Numbered from the stretch's first letter, positions 1-13,585 are shown. The stretch is 64,000 nucleotides of DNA from Phoronis australis (GCA_002633005.1 NMRA01000477.1:225568-289567), one strand, 5' to 3'. Translations and numbers: made by a program. The notes: generated from the sequence alone by a model not told the origin.

Positions 1-1021
1 AAGAGGGATGCCGAGTCCTTATCAGAGATCATACGTCTCAGCTTTAACGCCCTGATTCAGTTCGGGGTGTGGGGTGCGGGGGGTTGGGGTGGGGGTTCAT
101 CTACGGTGATGTTGTCATTTTTCAATTGCATTATGGGTCGATCGATTGTCGGCTCGATCGTGAACATCCGCTGTCACCACAGATAACTCGACTCATTATT
201 TGCGTTTCAGGAGGTGAGATTTTACTTCAGGGTGATCGGCAAACATGTTGCTGTGGACGAGTGCGTTCAACTATGACGCACGCAAGTGACGAGTGTTGTT
301 TTCCGTCACATTACTTACAATGTACACGTCAACATGTTACTTGTTCTGCCACCGGGTGTTTACCAGCCGACAAATGCCCACAATGCATTTGGGCAACACT
401 GTCAGTGACGATAGTGAGTAAGTTTTGCAGTAGAAGAAGGTAATCGAATTCCTGGCAAAGCTGCCAAACAATTGAACGCTGCCCAAGTTCTCTCTTCAAA
501 CCACAGCCGCAGTTACAGATGGATCCAATAGAGTGAATGAAAACTCGGAAAAGAATGGCAAAGCGAGTTTCGGGGTCCAATAGGTGCACTAACGGTAAAA
601 AAGGGTATTGCAGATTTCTTGACACCGTAATGCCTTAACATGAGAATCGTGAAATAAGCTGATTAACAAGCAAACTGGTACGCAATCTGGTCTTGCTCAC
701 ATGCTTTACCATGATCGAAATCAAGTAAATGTTTGCCAAACTTGTCAAAATAGACCAGACATGGGCGGCGCACCATAAGGGGCTGGGGGGGGGGCTATAG
801 TCTCCGCTTTTTTCAGTGCTACCACGTCCATGGCCTATAAGCGGTGCAGATGAACCACGTTGATTTTCATTGTTATAAATGGCAATTTAATACCCCAGTG
901 ACAAGACGTGCTGGGTTAACTAAAGCTGTATTTGATTTCAATTTTAGTAAAATATCGTACATCAGCAAAGTATAAATCGCCATGGCAAGCCAAAAAAGAT
1001 TATGAGAGAAGTTTGTTACAA

Positions 1022-2635
1022 CAGGCCCGTAGCCAGCATTACGCGGGGGGCGGTTCGAATTTATTGAACGGCGGACCTTTGCAAATATCGACACAGGTTT
1101 TCGGTAAGGTTCTTGACGTAGCTTAATTATGGGGAAAGGGAATCTGTACACATAAAGGTGACTCTCAGCTCTATGTTCCTAAGATGAGACGGCATTCGTA
1201 GTACCAGAAATGGGAATGCCGCGACGGATGCCCACAAAGAACAGGACTCAAATTCGGATGTAATGTTGTCCAGAAAGAGAACGTTCTGGCGTTACCCCCT
1301 GCCAAACTTTCAAATCAATCAGGCGTGCTTAAATGAGTGATTACACCTCATCACATACCCGAACGAAAATATTAAGTCGAAGAAAGACTTAAAGTTTTTT
1401 ATCTGATTGTATTTTACATCACTGGAAATGCGAGCAGCCCACTATTCCTGAAGGTTCATTACTCCGAAAATATCTAAAATTTCGTACTCAATTGTAACGT
1501 TTATTCTTTTACATGTGAAAATAAATGTTTTTAAGCGATACTTAAGTTATTAGACGCAATGAACAGTGTACCTATACTCAAAACAACGCACGGATTTCAT
1601 GTGCATGCGAAATTGCCCGCATGTCTTACGAATATGGAAAAATGAGTACGTACATGTATTTTCAAAAGAATATGGAGTAGGAATATTGATGAATTATCAA
1701 CCACGATACATTCAAATCCATGTCTAGATCGCATCATTTCAGGACGTGACTGAAAAGTTTAGGGCCGCTGCGCCTCAACCTCTCCGACCGGAACCACGCG
1801 CATGGCCGGGTCGAAATTAAATATGGTTAGCAGACTACCCTATCCCTGTCAGTCTTCACATAGTCAAAGAGTCCAATTCAGTCTTCTTAAATTTAAAACC
1901 GCCGTTGTTCGCAGCCCTAACCCGTGCCCCAAATGTTGTCCCTGCTTGAGAATGAGACATTAATTGGATTCAAGAATCACCATTGTCACTGATTGATACC
2001 AAGCTCATTTGTAAACCATGTAAATAAAGTTGTAAGAACTATTCAACTTTTGCAGACCCTTTAAATGGTTATTAAATGGACACAAATACAATACTATATT
2101 CAAGTCAGTTCCGACACATTAGCAGACTAATCAACTGTCGGAGTTCTGGTTTTGGAATTACGGATATTCGAAGTACTGAACTTTCGAAAGAAGGTGGTGA
2201 AATCTCGGAGTAATGAAACTTCGGAGTAGAAAACCCTCGAAATGGTGTCATGTAACCTTGAAAATCTTTTCCATCAAGTTTATTACTCGTATGAAGTCTA
2301 CAAGGCCGTTGTGCACCATTGGTACTGAATAATTAACATACAGACTCCCCTAATTGTCTCCACTGACGATCCTGTCATATACGCAAACACCACTCGGGTT
2401 AAGTTGGCCGGGTACTTCCCGATGATTACCGGTACATGAAGAGCTTTGAATCACTGAGAAGCTCATTCAAAATTATGTACTAACTTAGTTACCACTGTAG
2501 TTAGTAGTACAAGTAGCTGGAACAATTTTGTTGTTATTGTCCATCAATATCCTTATCTTTATCGCATAGGCCGAGACTGGACCTTTTCTGCGGGGGTTCA
2601 ATCGAGACCCCCGAACACCACTGACAACGGGTCTC
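1022..2635. mobile_element. Possible old MITE-like element with a nested fragment
   Basis: CAGGCCCGTAGCCAG ... CTGACAACGGGTCTC (11/15 inverted match) with G/C-rich subterminal tracts; internal inverted CATTACTCCGA / TCGGAGTAATG motifs near 1460 and 2210; no TSD seen. Confidence 0.35.
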
Positions 2636-2779
2636 AGTACTAAACTTGGATTTCTGATTTCATGACATTCGCAAGTTCTTATTCAGTGTTATGACAATTG
2701 TGAACCTCAAATGGTCATCTGTTACCATGTTAAAAATATGAGATGATGACACCTCAGTTTCCGTTAGTCATAAACGCCT

Positions 2780-3140
2780 AGCATGCGCGCACCCAAGGGG
2801 GAGGGGGGCGGGCTCAGGGGGCTCGAACTGACAGTGGAGACGGTGATACTGCAGCGCCAATGCGACCTCAGATTGTGCTTGGCGACCTGCTGACCTGGGA
2901 AAAATTCCAAATCGCCACGCCAGTTTGGCGCCCTGGGACTTTTGCCAGGTGGCCAAATGCGCTTAAATTCCGTCATGGGTCGAAGTTAACAGCTCAAGTT
3001 TTCTTTGCAACAGACGAATTCACCAGCGATGCGTCGATGCGTCGCTACACTGAGTGGGAACGCTAGCTGACAACTTCAGCATCCAACGAAGTTATGGACA
3101 GGGGTCACAGCTGTGACAATGGTGAAGGTCAGTTTACGCC
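2780..3140 (+). mobile_element. Possible decayed hAT-type element fragment
   Basis: G-rich TIR-like start; FFATDEFTSDAS and DRGHSCDNG resemble the hAT DE-x-TD-x-S and RGQ-x-YD-x-G motifs. Confidence 0.3.
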
Positions 3141-3585
3141 CTCTTGCGATAATTTCGATGACCACAACTCTAAGAAGAAAAATATAGTGCCGATTTTTTA
3201 TTTTTAGCTATTTTGCGACTGTTACAGTTAGGAGAATTGTCCCAAACAAAGGTTCTTTATCATATGTAATACATCTTTTATGAAAGAAATCAAGTCATTT
3301 TTAATATCTTTTCTAAAATTACATCACCACCTCAAAGCAGTTTTAAGAAGACATCATTTTTAATGTTCCAAATGTTGCACCATTTTCATTATTGTTCAAA
3401 ACATTTTTGAAATAGTTATAGAAAAGTATGCGAAAATCTCGTTTTTTGAAGGTACAGGGAATTACACAAAATGGATCTTTGTGTCTTAACTTCAAAAGGT
3501 GAGAACGCTCAAGTTTATTTCGCAGTTTACGACCTCGACGCTTCGGTGTGGGAAAAGTCCCAAAAAGTTCAGGTGACTTGATTAC

Positions 3586-3617
3586 CTCGTTTAAGGCGAG
3601 TTTCCATTTCTCAGGAT
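3586..3617 (-). CDS. SLC23-like exon 4 (32-nt micro-exon)
   Basis: tgtacag|AT CCT...GAG|gtaatc; DPEKWKLALNE corresponds to the W-x-x-R-I-R-E segment that precedes IQG in SLC23 proteins. Confidence 0.7.
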
Positions 3618-6600
3618 CTGTACACTGTGACAAGTTACTATCCCGCGGTGTTCCGTTACAAAAAGGCAATTCATCTGAAACGACGAACCAAGTGGAGAAT
3701 TAGAAGCTCAGATAGAAGACATGGACAAAGAGATTTGTGCAATAAACCGGAAACATCTATTACAATTTGTCTCTCATTGTTATTCTCGGCGCAACTTGTC
3801 ATTTCTCATGAGTTCACTTTAATTATAAAGGAACAAATCTTATGAAAGACGTTTATAAACTGACCTTTTATCAAAAATAATTCTTGGTTTAGATTAGATG
3901 TCGTTATAAAATTGACTTCGAACTGTTTGTAGATTTGGGGAAGAACTGTCACGTCAAGTCATCGAATGAACACAAAGCTTCATATAAAAACGCCAAGGGA
4001 GTGGGGCTTTTTAAGGAGGACATTTGTCACCTACCAGAGCTCGATTTATCCTTTGCGGTCCCTGACTATGATGTTGTTGTTATGGGGCCCCATTTTTGCA
4101 GCATAGACCGTCCAAACCCAATTGAGAGGGGGTGGTGATGCGATTGAAAAGGGCTGGGGGGATTTCGTCAAAGTCCGATTGGTTTGAGCCTTCGAATAAT
4201 TTTTAGCTTCCTACGGGTCTAATAGATGTGTGTATGCATGTATGAGAAAAGGAACAAACCTTCGCCTGGTTGACATTTGAACTTGTCTTGGTTGAGAATC
4301 GCAAGACTCGTTGTAGCGTAAGCGATGGCCGCTCCTTGCACAAGTGGAAGCCTGGAAGCCAATGAAATAGGATCTGCAGCCTGCTCAAGGATTACTAACA
4401 TATGGATTGATACATTTGTAGTATTAATTCAAGAGCTTACGAATTATCCAAACTGCGTTGCTTCAGGAAACACACGTTTAGAAGATGACATGGCTTCCTC
4501 ATTTTGTTTAACGCTTTGAGTTAGAAACGGGAATTTTTACTATAAAAACGAAGCACAGAATATTTCCCGAAAACCTGAAAACAGAATTTTGGTGCGTTTC
4601 TATCTTAACCTCTGTCACAGGAGAGTTATGACATGAACACAAACAATGCTTTTGGCAACAACAAAAGAAAGGACATTTACCTGGCGCCAATAGTGACCTG
4701 TAATAACGTGGCGATGCCAACCGTGAGGAAAATCGTTGAAATAAGATGGTTTACGATCTCCAGTCGACTTTCAATGCACAGCCCCGTGGCCAATAAGAAC
4801 GGGATAGGTATGGTAGTACCAAACATCATCATATAGTGCTGGAAGTAATAGGTCACTAACAAAATGGCGTTACATGGAAGATATGTAATCTTAAAGTTTA
4901 ATGGTTTTGTCTTATGTGTAGTGAACGTTTCGAAAAACAGGCATTACATGAAATGTCCATTTTGGTAAAATCAAACCGGCAAAAAATCGAGTTCCGTCAA
5001 AGGAACTAACTTTCAATTTAGACAACCAGTGTAGTCTCGATAAGTTAATCAGCGTCATTTTGTGATCAACCATGGGCCACAATACATCGGAACCGTCTGG
5101 CCTGTGATAGGAACTACAGTTTAGTAGCACTGTACATCATCCATAATGCTTTAGTTCAGCCACTCTGGTCACATGTGAGCGCACTGGGAAAGAGTTCGAT
5201 CTGTATCACCACGTGTACGCGTTCGTGAGTTAGGCATTGCGTGTTGGCGCGCTAAGGGAAATTTACGACAAGAGCTACACTTTTCAAAATCGGTCACCGC
5301 CGTTTCAGGAAGAGCGCCCTGAGAATTTCCTCTAAATCATTTCCTTACAGGGGCAATATACCGCGCCTTGGGCAAAGATCTTATATCAAATCAATCTCAT
5401 CTTGTGTACAATAGTTAGTGCTTCAGAGCACGCGCAGGCATTAAAGGAGAATGACATCCAAAAAACAACCTATTTTGTATCAATTTAGATCGAGTAGTTC
5501 TACTCGATAACGGCACGTTCGGTTGCGTTACCTGACACATGACGGCAGACGGAGGTGTTGAAATTATCCGATGACGTCATTGGTTTCACACGCAGTCTTT
5601 TCAGCAGTTCACAACACGGGTTACTGGTGTCAGCTAATCACTTGAATTCATCGTTTAACACCAACAAATCATCAAACTTCGATGTAAAACCCTTAAAAAT
5701 ACACCGAATTCTTATAAATACGTGTTGTTTTATTTCGCTGTTACGGATTTATTGGTATTTGGACAGACCGTAGCCGACATAGTTCGGCAGGCCAATTTAC
5801 GAAGGTCCGTAGCAGGAGTTTGGGGTCTGTTCGGGGATAAATTTGAAGTATTATTCCGTGAAATACAGACAGGAGAACCTAGATCTGTGTTGTTTATATT
5901 TGTGATTTTTTGAGTTCTAAACACGCAAAACGCTTGTTATCCCGGCCAGTGGCTCGGAACCCGATCAGGCCCATCGCGACCGGACTGACTGGTTATCCCG
6001 GCCAGTGGCTCAAAACCCGATCAGGCCCGTCGCGGCCACCGAGACTGGCACGAACATACCAGCTTGATTTGGAAACTAAACCTCCAGTCACGAAAAGACT
6101 ATAATAGTGAGTCAAAGAAATAATGTGCACGTAATTATTTATGTGAATTAGCCACAAAACTGAAAAATCTACTTAATTATCGGGGGCCGCGAAGTCGGCT
6201 TCCCCTTCCACAGACCGTCAGGACAAAGGTTGTACAGTAACAATGACTTCAGTTGAATAATGTATTTGTATTTCTAAATAAAGATTCCCGTAACAGACTG
6301 ATGTGACCATAGCATATAAAATCGAGTAATTGTTTCACAACAGCTTTCTGTCTGCACTGAATTAGCATGCGCTCACACGGCCTCGGTGCCCGGTCAATTA
6401 CATTTGTTGCCGGCATCTAAAGCCGGTCGGGTAACGCAGTGGTTTATTCATTGCTGGCTTCTCAACATTTGCACTCACTACTGCAAAGGTATTACAAATT
6501 ATATCTAATGAGACAGACTTTGTTTCAGTTTTATATAAGCATAGCTTAGGATGAGAATAATTCATTTTGAAACAGAAGGCAGAATAATCAACGTGTACAT

Positions 6601-8575
6601 GGCAACTCGCCCGGCGCCAATCCTGACTTAGTCAAGAGCTCATCCGACGACGACTTCACGGGTCGGATCTTTAGGTTTCACAGGCTATCAGTCAGAACCG
6701 GAATAAATTGACCAAGAAATACTATAGAGGCGCCGTGAACATGCACAGGCAACGGAGCGCATGGATTAGTAGTTCTGTGGTAAGCCGGAATTTGTCAGAG
6801 AAATCAACGTCGACGAAATGCCGGCCACAGACACGGAGATGATTCACGGCCTCATACTTGCAGCGTACCTTTCATCTTCTTCACAACCGCGATCCACTTC
6901 CCATGCATTTCGGGTTCTCGATTTCTTCGCAGCTTCATAGTTCGGACAAGCGGGAACGATGCACCGCAATATAGCGGCATTCACTCAGCAGACGAACCAC
7001 TGACGTCGCTGCGTCGTTTCTCACCTTCCTCACAGGTTAACGCGACACCTCTCGACAAAGTGAGGTCTACCGTATAAGAGGCGATGTGGATATAGACCAA
7101 TAAGGACGGTAAAAAAGACTAATTAAATCGGGTGGCATTCTCCTTTAAACCCGATAGTACTTTCTGACAAAAACGAGTTCTGAGTTGTACCACCTGCAGT
7201 TATGAAATAGATCTTAAATTATTTAGTACGGGAGCCAAATGAGGTTTTTTTACATAACCTGGATTTTTCGGATAATTTTTTTTCTTTGCTGTTTCATGTA
7301 GCCTAGGCATAGCTAATCATAATTTAGGGGGATGACCGTTCGCAGCCCTTGAGCATTTTTTAAAGTATGCAAATTAAGGTCGCCATTATGCAAAATTCTA
7401 TTTTTGCTTATAATTTCCTTACCAAGCACTGCAGCCAGATAATTTTGACGTTTTTACCCATGTTTCCAAGGTCAAAAAAATTAATAGTGCAAGTTTTTAG
7501 GTGAATACATTGTCAATTTGCATAAGTTATGCAAATTAAGACCGCCATTATGCCGGCAAAACTCTATCTTTGCTTATAATTTCCTTTTGGGTGAATACAT
7601 CGTCAATTTGCATAATGTATGCAAATTAAGGCCGCCATTTTTCAAAATGTTATTTGTTCTAATAGCTATGGTACCAATCACCACAGGTGAATTATAATAT
7701 TTGCACCTATGTTTCTAGGGTCAATTAGTGTAATGAAATCAGTTTGCATGTTGTTGCATGATAAATTTGAATAATTAATGCAAATTAAGGCCACCATTAT
7801 TCAGAATTAATTGTTGCTTAAAGCGCCCTTACCAAGCACTGTAGACAGGTTACTTTATTGTTTTCACACATGCTTCCATGGTCAGTGAATTTAATGGACC
7901 TTGTTTGCTGGTGGTTACATCGTGAATTTGCTTAATATATGCATAATCAGGTCACGCCTTGAAATTTTATGATTTTACTTTGAAAAAACTGGGGTTGGGT
8001 TTGACTAAATAAATGCAAAGGATCGACGGGCATCAAAAAAGCCAAAGTTTATTGACATCGGCCTCCCGTTCAGTAACGCTAGGACCTCGCTAAAAATCAA
8101 GACTTCGCGAGATTACGTGAGATATTGCAGTGCATTTTAAATGAGAACACGTGACTTTGACTAGGTTTTAGCTAGGTCCTAGCGTAGGTCCTAGCGTCTA
8201 CTGAACGCACGGCCGTTTTACCTGGAACCCAAGTAGAATACAAGTGTACCATGGTGGCGCTTCCTCCAGCCCAAAGGTCAGGGGGTTAATCGGCGTTTCC
8301 GGGTAAAGGCTAACACCGACTCCGAGTTCATGGTCATCATCACCGCCGAACTGGCTGTCCTCCACCAAAACACGCGTTGATGCGCTGGACTCCACCGAAG
8401 GCAACTCCGAATGATGCGCTCCGTCACTGTTCATTATTAAACTCGCATCGGTTGGAGTGTCGTCGATCTCATTTTCCTGCAACCCCACGAAACGAACATG
8501 TTGTGAATTCTTGCTATCATCATCGTACTGATCTCGGTTACAGTGATCATACTTATATTTCGGAAAAGATGCCAT
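3586..8575 (-). CDS. SLC23 family nucleobase-ascorbate transporter (NAT/NCS2), 5' part; four coding exons, continues beyond position 1
   Basis: Spliced protein reads ...LTFGLEEAPPWYTCILLGFQ|HYMMMFGTTIPIPFLLATGLC...GIATLLQVTIGAR|LPLVQGAAIAY, matching the SLC23A1/A2 pattern PPWY-x-LG-x-QHY and RLPLFQ. Phases are consistent. The specific paralogue cannot be assigned. Confidence 0.9.
4260..4351 (-). CDS. SLC23-like exon 3
   Basis: ttccag|G CTT CCA; LPLVQGAAIAYATTSLAILNQDKFKCQPGE; donor gtttgt. Confidence 0.83.
4681..4838 (-). CDS. SLC23-like exon 2
   Basis: ttccag|CAC TAT ATG...GCC AG|gtaaat. Confidence 0.9.
5445..7144. mobile_element. Non-autonomous Kolobok-type DNA transposon in SLC23 intron 1
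   Basis: TTAA at 5441-5444 and 7145-7148; TIRs AGGAGAATGACATCC / GGGTGGCATTCTCCT (13/15 match); frameshifted THAP remnant inside. Confidence 0.8.
6760..6980 (-). pseudogene. Degenerate THAP zinc-finger domain (transposase N-terminus)
   Basis: Across frameshifts: CIVPACPN ... EMHGKWIAVVKK ... LRVCGRHFVDVDF, giving the THAP C2CH motifs plus the conserved W. Confidence 0.75.
7360..7955. repeat. Degenerate satellite-like repeat with ATGCAAATTAAGGCCGCCATT core
   Basis: Core at 7367, 7529, 7619 and 7778, degenerate near 7939. Confidence 0.75.
8222..8575 (-). CDS. SLC23-like first coding exon
   Basis: ATG at 8575 (MASFPKY), acidic N-terminal tail, ends PPWYTCILLGFQ|gtaaaa. Confidence 0.85.
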
Positions 8576-10764
8576 CGGGCCGTGACAATAACGAGACAAC
8601 GTGTGTAGGTTTCTTAGTCAGATCTGACTCTCAGAGCAGAGTTAATAGCCCCGATTCCTTCACGGGCAGACTGCACGTGACGACTTTAAATTAAATCCAC
8701 AATACAGACTACCCCAGCCTCGTTACATCAGCCTGTGTTTGCTCTCCAGTGACCTTTCTAACACAAATCAATAGGCTTGTGTTGTGAGCTAGCCGTTTGA
8801 CCTCAGCTGATCCGCCATTCAAATTTACTCCCCTATGTGCTATTCATTTCAGTACAAAATGTACGTTCTTTTTTGTTTCACGGTCGGCCACTCAGCGGAG
8901 CTGGAGTCGTACTTTTGCCAGTTTGTAAGATCACAGTTACTTATACTTCTATAAACTTTTAGAAAATAAGAATAATTGAAGGTCACTTAGTTTACGTAAC
9001 CATCCGCCCCGTTCTAACGTATTTTAAGTTGAGCGCCTCAGATGTTGTAGGCTAATCAATTTCTTTCATATTTTTCGTCTACTTCGCTTACGTCATATCG
9101 CGCGAAACTATGAGCGGATTTTTCAGTAAAGCTCGCGAAAAAGGAGTCACAAAAATGTGCTCATACTCCAGTACAGCACTGGGGATATTCAGTTCAGTGG
9201 ACCATACCCTGTGTCTCAGTAAGACTTAGGTGTTAATAAGCGTGCGAGCCGCCATACTGGGTGTCATACTCAAACGTCTCCGATTTGGACTAGCCTAGAA
9301 CGATTGCGCAATGCTGTCGGAAATTAAAAAACGCCATAAAACAGTGCAAAGACAATTAATTTTCTTCCCAGATTATTAAAAACCTTTCCAATGCATTTAT
9401 TTTTGTAGAAAGACTCGATTCTTTTCATGGCCTCACTATTAATTCAAACAATATTGTTTATTAACATCGCAATTACTGTCCTTTGCAGTTTCATTACATT
9501 TGGGATACACTGTAATTAAAAGGGGCTATAAACCCGCCTTCCATCACCAAAAACAACTTTTGATATAGGTCATTTAATTGACCGTAAACTGTTCCTATGT
9601 TAAATTGGCGGTGATTTCAGCGCCGGCTTTACCGAGTCAGATCATTCATTGCTTGAGAAAAAGGCTTATTATATCTCGGGGGGTCACTTTATGCATCGAG
9701 CACGGAAGAACGATCTTTCAGAATATAAAAACGTTAAGATCAATTTTAAACCGGTAAGGGGTCTAACTAAGAATTCGTTCAGTTCTGTTGACGTCACGAA
9801 CGCAGGTTTACAGCATCTTCAAGGATGTTCCTGCATTGTAACAAATCATACCACCCCTCCCGCCTTGAATACTGCGGGGTGGTGTGGACCTGCAGTGCGG
9901 AGTAGTTGGTGTCAGCAGATAGAAATCATGGAGTTGTGAAAATTATCTGATCATGTGATCAAATTACTGGCAGGTTGGTATATGAAGTCAAAAATCGAAT
10001 TATGTGTGGAAATGAATTTGATAGAAATTTAATTCCTCAAAGTGACGCCCATTATGTATAGCAACGAAGGAACAGATTGGTCACTGCATCACCTTTCCTT
10101 TTAATGTCATGTTCTTTCACTGCCCTTCACAAATATTCGTTAGAATTTGCTTTTTCAGTAATTTCCAATTTGTTTAGCCAACATGTTTACAATCTCACTG
10201 TCCGTGTGTATTGCCCAGGTGTTAGTTCACAGCGCTGATGCGTCAGCCTTAGCTATATTTTCGGGTTGCACGAAAGCCAACTGCAAACTACAGGCAAGAA
10301 TGGGGCTCACAGGGTCGCACTTCCGATTTGAGTTTTCATATTAATTTTGTTTTTAAAAAATCGACGGATAGAAAGTAAAGGTTCAAAATACCTTTCCGTG
10401 TAGACCAAGTAGAATATACTGAGTTGAACAAAACGCCTTCGAAAAGTTACCACATTCCCATTTAAAGCGGCTATGAACCTGCGTTTTAACTTAGTAAGTC
10501 GGCCGTCTTTCCTTAGTCAAATTAGAAGTGCCTTCAAGGTCGGGCTAAAAGTTCGTTATTGGTTGAGACCTGCTTTGCGTTCATTTAGGAAAGCGTTTTG
10601 GGCGCCGAGCCTGAGCCTGGGCAGTTCGCGTTAAAAAGTCGCCCTTCCGTACACTCGTAGTTATAACCGAGGCTTTGCTCGTATTTTACGACCGTAATCA
10701 TCATATCCAATGAACAATTGAATTGTAGGTCACTTTAGCCTTGAATCAGTTGTACGCTAGTAAT

Positions 10765-10877
10765 TTTTTCTCGTATTTTCTCTCTTAATTTTACGTTCGT
10801 AATTTTCAGCTCGTATTTTCACTCGTAATTCATGTTCGTAATTTTACCCCCGTAATTTTACGCACGCATTTTGCGCA
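10765..10877. repeat. Degenerate 12-14-bp tandem repeat (TCGTAATTTT core)
   Basis: About 8 imperfect copies visible. Confidence 0.65.
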
Positions 10878-13585
10878 TGTTATGAATTTTTCTGACGGTA
10901 AAATCTCAGGTGCAAAGCACTGTATATAAGTGTAAAAGATTGAAAAATATCGAAAACTGACTGAATTTTTTTACTTGCTGCCCTAACCATGCCAGGTATT
11001 TGAAAGTGGTCCGTTTTAGTACATGTTGAGGCGCTAAAATGTATATCTAGCAGGTTCTCTGACAATGTTTTTATTTCATTTGTTAAGTTTCATCCAGTGC
11101 TTACAGGTGATATGTAATACTACAGAAACGGTTTTCGGGGGTAATGTAGTAGAATTCAAGTAAATCACCCACTCTTTATTCAAGGCATTTGAATACCGAT
11201 CCATTAGCGTATTAGCTTAATGGCTACTGGTCTCGTGGACGGTACTTAAATCTAATGACTACTTGTTGAAAGTACGATCGTTAAATTGCGAGCGAAAAAT
11301 ATCAGCGTATAAAACTTCTCCACAGCTCACGTGACCTACAAACAAACTTGCCCCTGCGAAATCTTGGTCGTAATTACGAGGGAACGATCTAGGTGGTGAA
11401 ACACGAGCGAGGTCGTGGGCGACACTTTCCCCAAGAACGGCCCATGATGTAGTGTGAGAAGAAGGACCCGCTTCCTGTGAGCACTTTTCAAAAATTCAAC
11501 ATATGACAAATACCCGGCCAAGACAATTTTTGCCTTCCTTCTAAAAGAATTCGCTAACATATTCAACCACAAGCTTTACAAAATTCGTTTCCATTTCTTT
11601 ACACGTCTAAAGGCGACTGCACGGGTAAAACGTCGTTGTCGTATTTTATTTTCAAACACTGACACGCGACTTAAATTACTTGAACAGGAGATTATTTTAC
11701 GTACTGCCGTAGAGTGGCCATTTGCTGATAGTCTCGCAGGGTTTTTGTAGATTACTTTAAAAAACAACATCAACGAAATGAGATAATTAGGTCGTTGGAG
11801 ATAAACGTTATAACCAACATTATAAATTTATTAAGATGGACTAAATCCTGTGCAGACAGAAACACAACACTCGTTCGTCCACCATTTTGATTTTGTTGGC
11901 AATGCTCGACAAAAATCAACTAAGTGATGTCAGCGAGCGCATTGTTCAACAGCGAAGTAGCGAAGCACTTCGAAACTCTTATCTTAAGAACGTAAGGAAG
12001 GCTCTACGTCTTGACGTGTCACAACAGATCATTTCATGCGCCAAGCATGGAGCAAAGGCATAACGAACCGTCAGTTCTTTGCACTAAAGCGCAGAAGTCA
12101 CATTTAGTCTGAGCTTGGACCGAGTTATGATCAATTTTATAGAGTTCAGTTGTCTAAATCAAAAGTTCGCATTTATATATTTGTTCTAGATAAGACTGGT
12201 ATCAAGACTCACATACATGTAGACTTGTGAATAACAGCGCTACACTGTTCATGGTTTTGACCAAAAAGTCAAAAAAGATCAAGATTACGTCTATGTTCGA
12301 TGAACCGGCATTTTTTTCGTTGGATAGTCTGAATGTGTGTTTTTGGTAAACAATTGTTTGGAAACTCACCTCTTTTGTTGGTACCTAAACTCCTCTACAA
12401 GATCTCCTGTTCAGTTGTGGTTGTATTGCGACCTACTCCCGGGACTTCACTACACTCCAGTGCACGAGTGGGTCAAAACAACCTCTTGCCATCTCGGCCA
12501 AGTAGGTCGAGACCACTATAAAACACCTCTTGTGCGCCAGTGAAAACAAAGATTCTTATAGACTGCTCAATTGGGTGATATTTGAAAGTCATTCAAAATA
12601 CTCTGTACTACACTACACTGTATTTGCAAAAAGATATTCGGAAAACATGTTGTAGGACGTTTAAAAATAAAATTGACAATAAATTAGTTAATTCTAAAAA
12701 GAATATTCAGATTATTACCCTCGCCACTGATACCAGTTCACCACCGAAATTCTGCCAACTAAACCCAAATTTGTAACCCCTCGTAATAAATAATCCTGAA
12801 GTGCTTGCATCAGACTATCTACGCTAGCGGAGACAGAGTGCAGATGGAGACGGGGGACCTGTCTAGTATCAGATATGGGATTCCCTAAAAATTAATTTAA
12901 TCAGTATATTATATATGTATTTACACGCCACGAATAACGAAAAATGAACTAGGCAACTTGGCCTCACAACATTTGTCTCGCAATATTCCTTAGAGTGACT
13001 CAGCTTGACATCTGTTACCATCTAAAGCATAGAAAGCACCAGCGATTCAAGAAAACACTTCGGACTTCGTTGAGGTTGTCCAAACCTAAAATTGCGAATT
13101 CGAATATGGCGCATTTACGCATTTCCTGCGACTTGTGACATTTGGGGACAATTCAGAATCGGATGAGAGCGGCGACATCTTTTTAATCCCAATTAAAACG
13201 CCTCGGTTAGGAACACTGACAGCCGAATAGCGAGGAAGTTACTCCTCGCGCCTATTGCAAGTAGAATCACCTAGAACTTTTACTTCAATGTTTCTCGAAA
13301 TGTGCTTCCAGTCTTTTTGTAGACAACTATAGGCACGATTTGACTTCTTCAAAATTGCAATACCGGTAATCTACACATAACAGCACAGCATACTATTTCA
13401 CTCAACCAATTTCACTGTCCGAAGAGCTGTGCTATCACAACCAACACTCTTGGGCAGTGCGGACGAGAGGTAGCTCCTATGCAGGTGGCGCTGTGACAGA
13501 AGGTAATCCCAACCTTCCTAATCAGTCCAGGGGGTTATTTCAGGTCCATTCTGTATTTTGTTTAGAATTGAAAAATTATTAACTA

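Noticed and set aside
69-1151. Short ORFs at the window start as genes or as SLC23 exon 5
   Set aside because: No recognisable domain; the expected IQG...GPL exon was not found, so it probably lies outside the window
6422-6465. tRNA/SINE-like head GGTAACGCAGTGGTT
   Set aside because: No B-box or cloverleaf follows
9516-10480. Further TTAA-bounded Kolobok-like ends (TTAAAAGGGGCTATAAACC, TTAAAGCGGCTATGAACC)
   Set aside because: Matching opposite termini could not be paired, so element boundaries are unsupported
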